Positions 60,251-64,000 of a DNA stretch of 64,000 nt are shown here, piece after piece; position 1 is the first letter of the stretch, and every line of letters starts with the position of its first letter. Origin of the DNA: the human T2T-CHM13v2.0 reference genome, Homo sapiens. The position numbers and the translations under genes are program-made. A model generated the notes under the pieces. That model made no database searches. It was given only the letters and a program-made list of their open reading frames with translations, and was not told the origin of the DNA. Location of the stretch: the NCBI RefSeq assembly GCF_009914755.1, contig NC_060940.1; one strand, given 5' to 3'.

Positions 60251-61024
60251 CTTCGCAGTGAGAATGTGGCAGGGGCACAACACAGGAGACGGGACGAGGT
60301 GGCTGGGTCTCCACATGGACCACTGCAGCTCACACTGACTGTGTTATGCCCTGTGCAGGCGTGAGAGCCTGACAGTGACCTTGAAGGTCAGGACCCTCCC
60401 TGTGGCAGCGAGGGAAACCGAGGCCCAGTGAAGTTGATGGCCATCAGAGCTCATTCAGCAGTCACAATACAGGAACGTCGATACGATGCGGTCAGGCTAG
60501 CCAGGTAGCTCCAAAGTGCTGCCCCTCATCACATGCCTTTTGATAAGCCCTACTCGCGCAGAGGCCTCATCCCTTCTTTTCAATAGCATGGATGCTATTA
60601 CCCCAAATGCTTCTCTAACTGGAAGCACTGACCGTACTCAAAGTAAAGCTCGAGAAGCAGACAGGGTGGAGACAGCAGTCAAGGCGAGGTGGCTGCTACT
60701 CAGCAAACCTCTTTCCAGCGGGACCGTTCCAGGCTTGTGCCTTGACAGCATGTCCCCTGCCTCCACTTCTGAACCTCAAGGCTCCTAGAAGGCCTGTGTC
60801 TCCTCTCAGTTGTGGTCTACGGGTCCCCCTTAGCGGGAGGACCTGGGAAACTACATCCTAAATCCAGTAGGCTCCAGTGAGGAGTGCCCAGAGTGGGTCC
60901 CCTAATAAATACACCCAGCGAGGAGACGCATTTTAGTTCTTTGGAGAAGAAAACAGGAATGAGAAGAGTGAGTCACTTGAAGATCTCCCACAGAGCCCAG
61001 GAAGCTGCTGATTCCAGATCTAGG

Positions 61025-61195
61025 CCGGGGCTGCCCTGATGGAAACACAACGTGAGCCACAAATAGCATTCACATTTTCTAGTAGCCACATCAAAAAGGG
61101 TACAATTAAACAGGTAAAATTCATGGTAATATTTTATTTAACTCAGTATAACTAATTATTATCTTTTCAATGTGCAGTCATTACTGAGTTATCTT
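61025..61195. mobile_element. MER3/MER33-like hAT fragment
   Basis: tgagccaca...ttttctagtagccacat...atattttatttaactcagtata. Confidence 0.65.
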
Positions 61196-61202
61196 TTTTT
61201 TT

Positions 61203-61445
61203 TTAGAGATAGGGTCTCACTATGTTGCCCAGGCTGTAATGTAGTGGCTACAGGTAAAACATACATACATACATACATTTATTTATTTAGAAATGGAGTC
61301 TCATGTCCCACTATGTTGCCCAGGCTGTAGTGTAGTGGCTATAGTTAAAACATACCATTCATTCATTTATTTAGAGATGGAGTCTCGCTCTGTTGCCCAG
61401 GCTGTAGTATAGTGGCTACAGGTAAAACATACATACATACATTTA
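61203..61445 (-). repeat. Three copies of a roughly 80-85 bp unit: 7SL/Alu 3'-end fragment plus (CATA/CATT)n
   Basis: gtctc..tgttgcccaggctgta.t.tagtggcta.ag.taaaacata three times. Confidence 0.85.
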
Positions 61446-61743
<298 letters not shown>

Positions 61744-61976
61744 AGAGTTTAAACATTTATTTATCAATTACTTTGTCCTTATGACCAGGGGAGTCAGGGA
61801 CCCCTGTCTTTACTACAAACAGGCCTGGGGACCAGGACCTTTGTCCTCCCTTCAGTCAGGGCCAGGGATGAGGAGCTGACATGCAGCATGAAGCAGCCCA
61901 AGGGCCGCTCTGACAACCATCCAGGCTGACTCCTGCTAGTAATGACAGAGAAAAAACCAACACCAGGTGCAGGTTA

Positions 61977-62306
<330 letters not shown>

Positions 62307-63635
62307 TCATCTCCTTTGCCTCACGGTCTAGGGGCCTCCTGGGTGACCTGGGGCATCTGACGCTTGCCTGCCAAGGAGGACCAAGGACTGGTAAGAATTT
62401 CTTAAGTGAAAATTTGTCAATGATAGAATAATAATGAAGAAAATTCAGCAATTGCCTCCAGAGAATTTTGTTTTAGAGGAGCTCTCCAACTGTCCAGGGT
62501 GACTGGCAAGAATGGCAGGAATAAATAGCTTTTTTAATGAAAATCTCTTGCTACATGGTTAAGTGCTACGGGGAAATCAAAGAATCATGAGAGAACTGGA
62601 CAGGGACTCTGTGAGAGTCTCCTGAGAGGGACTCTCAGCAAAACCAACACTGTCTTGAGCTGTGGAGGAAAAAGGCAAATGATAATAAAAGACTTAGTCT
62701 GTGTTACAAATAACTGGAGCAACATCTTCATTTTTCATCTGTAAGTTAAAGGAACTGGACCGGATCATCTGTCAGCTCCCCCTTCCGAGCTCTCAACATC
62801 CTACGATTCTAGTTGGAGATAAAAGAATATTCACCAGCAAATGTTTACAAATGGGAGGGGGAAGGGGAAAGACGCTGATGCAGAGCAAGGACGGGGAGGG
62901 CAGGGCTGGCGGGGTGAGAGCTGCGGCCGCAGGCTGGCAGCCGCCCCACCTCCTGTTCCATTATAATCTTATTTTGGTTATGTTGATACAACACAATCTG
63001 TCCTTCCAAGTGATCACCGGAGTCCAGATATTTCTGTCAAGTCAGCCAACCAGGAAGGGGCTGCAGACAAAGTGCGGCAACAGGGACTCCACCAGGCCAT
63101 GGAGCTCATCCCACAAGACGCCTCACCGCACAGGAGGGCTGACCCCAGGGAAACGTGTCACCAGGACACAGCACGAAGCTCAAAAGGGGCTAGCATGCTC
63201 TGTGCAGCTGCCAGACTCTGCCCTGAAGAATCACAGGGCACTCTAGTGAGCGCTGCAGCAGCCAGCAGGCCCTGGATGGCCAGGTGTGCAGTGGGGAGGC
63301 ACAGGGGGTGCACCAGGACGCAGCCAGACCTGGGCCAGTTCGCGCCGACTCTTCTCCATTCCAGAGGTCCAGGAAGCACCTGTCAATGTGGAAGTCAGAA
63401 TGCTCAGGCCAAATACCGAGATCAACTAACTATCCAGGTTGAACCAGAGGCCTGGGCGGGGGCATCCAACTGCCCACCCGTCAGACTGAGGGACGCGTCA
63501 CCCCAGGCCACAGCCCTCCAGAATGCAGTACAACCACTAGGTATGACTTATCAGCTACAGTGAACTCCGGGAGGAAATCCCACCGCTGATACCATCATTT
63601 AGTTTCACTTTGCAGATTACAAAACATTTTATCTG

Positions 63636-63892
63636 GTGGCTCATGCCTGTAATCCCAGCACTTTGGGAGGCCAGGGCAGGCGGATTACCTGAGCTCAGGA
63701 GTTAGAGACCAGCCTGGGCAACATGGCGAGAGCCCATCTCTACAAAGAATACAATAATTAGCCAGGCATGGTGGCACACTACTCAGGAGGCTGAGGTGGG
63801 AAGATCATCTGAGTCCAGGAGGTCGAGCCTGCAGTGGGCCAAGATAACACCACTGCAATCCAGCCTGAGTGACAGAGCGAGACCCCGTCTCT

Positions 63893-63893
<1 letters not shown>
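63636..63893 (+). mobile_element. AluJ-like element
   Basis: Dimeric Alu. Confidence 0.9.

Positions 63894-63895
<2 letters not shown>

Positions 63896-63929
<34 letters not shown>
63896..63929. repeat. (TA)n microsatellite in the Alu tail
   Basis: About 17 pure TA units. Confidence 0.95.
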
Positions 63930-63932
<3 letters not shown>

Positions 63933-64000
63933 GCAGGCCACCCAATAATTACAGCATTTTCTGTGAGGATATAAAGGTCTTTGCAGTGATGACAGAAAGA

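Noticed and set aside
62605-62638. Two adjacent mini-hairpins (gactct-gtg-agagtc; ctgagag-gga-ctctcag)
   Set aside because: 6-7 bp stems are expected by chance and too short for a pre-miRNA

Overview
Human (primate) genomic DNA, recognised as the 16q24.2 FBXO31 / C16orf95 locus. Two protein-coding genes lie head-to-tail on the minus strand. FBXO31 exons 2-9 (59253 down to the stop at 30175, long 3'UTR to about 25870; exon 1 lies beyond the right edge) and the complete 7-exon C16orf95 (ATG 16126, stop 1941, poly(A) signal 1719) were rebuilt by hand with consistent splice phases. A CpG-island promoter sits at about 15.9-16.9 kb. The rest is repeat-rich: about 30 Alus, old L1s, MaLR LTRs, MER DNA elements, a full-length Hsmar2 mariner fossil split by three Alus, a U13 snoRNA retrocopy and many short tandem duplications. 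Almost all entries in the ORF track are non-coding noise. I see no evidence of a wholly new system. The best leads are in RNA processing: an in-frame FBXO31 exon 8 to C16orf95 exon 2 read-through fusion, a GC donor competing with a PTC-producing GT donor 4 nt away, a duplicated exon pair and a dual-frame exon in C16orf95, and candidate poison exons, a G4 VNTR and circRNA-type Alu pairs in FBXO31. Gene identities and residue numbers come from recall of the known proteins, not from a search; repeat boundaries are approximate.
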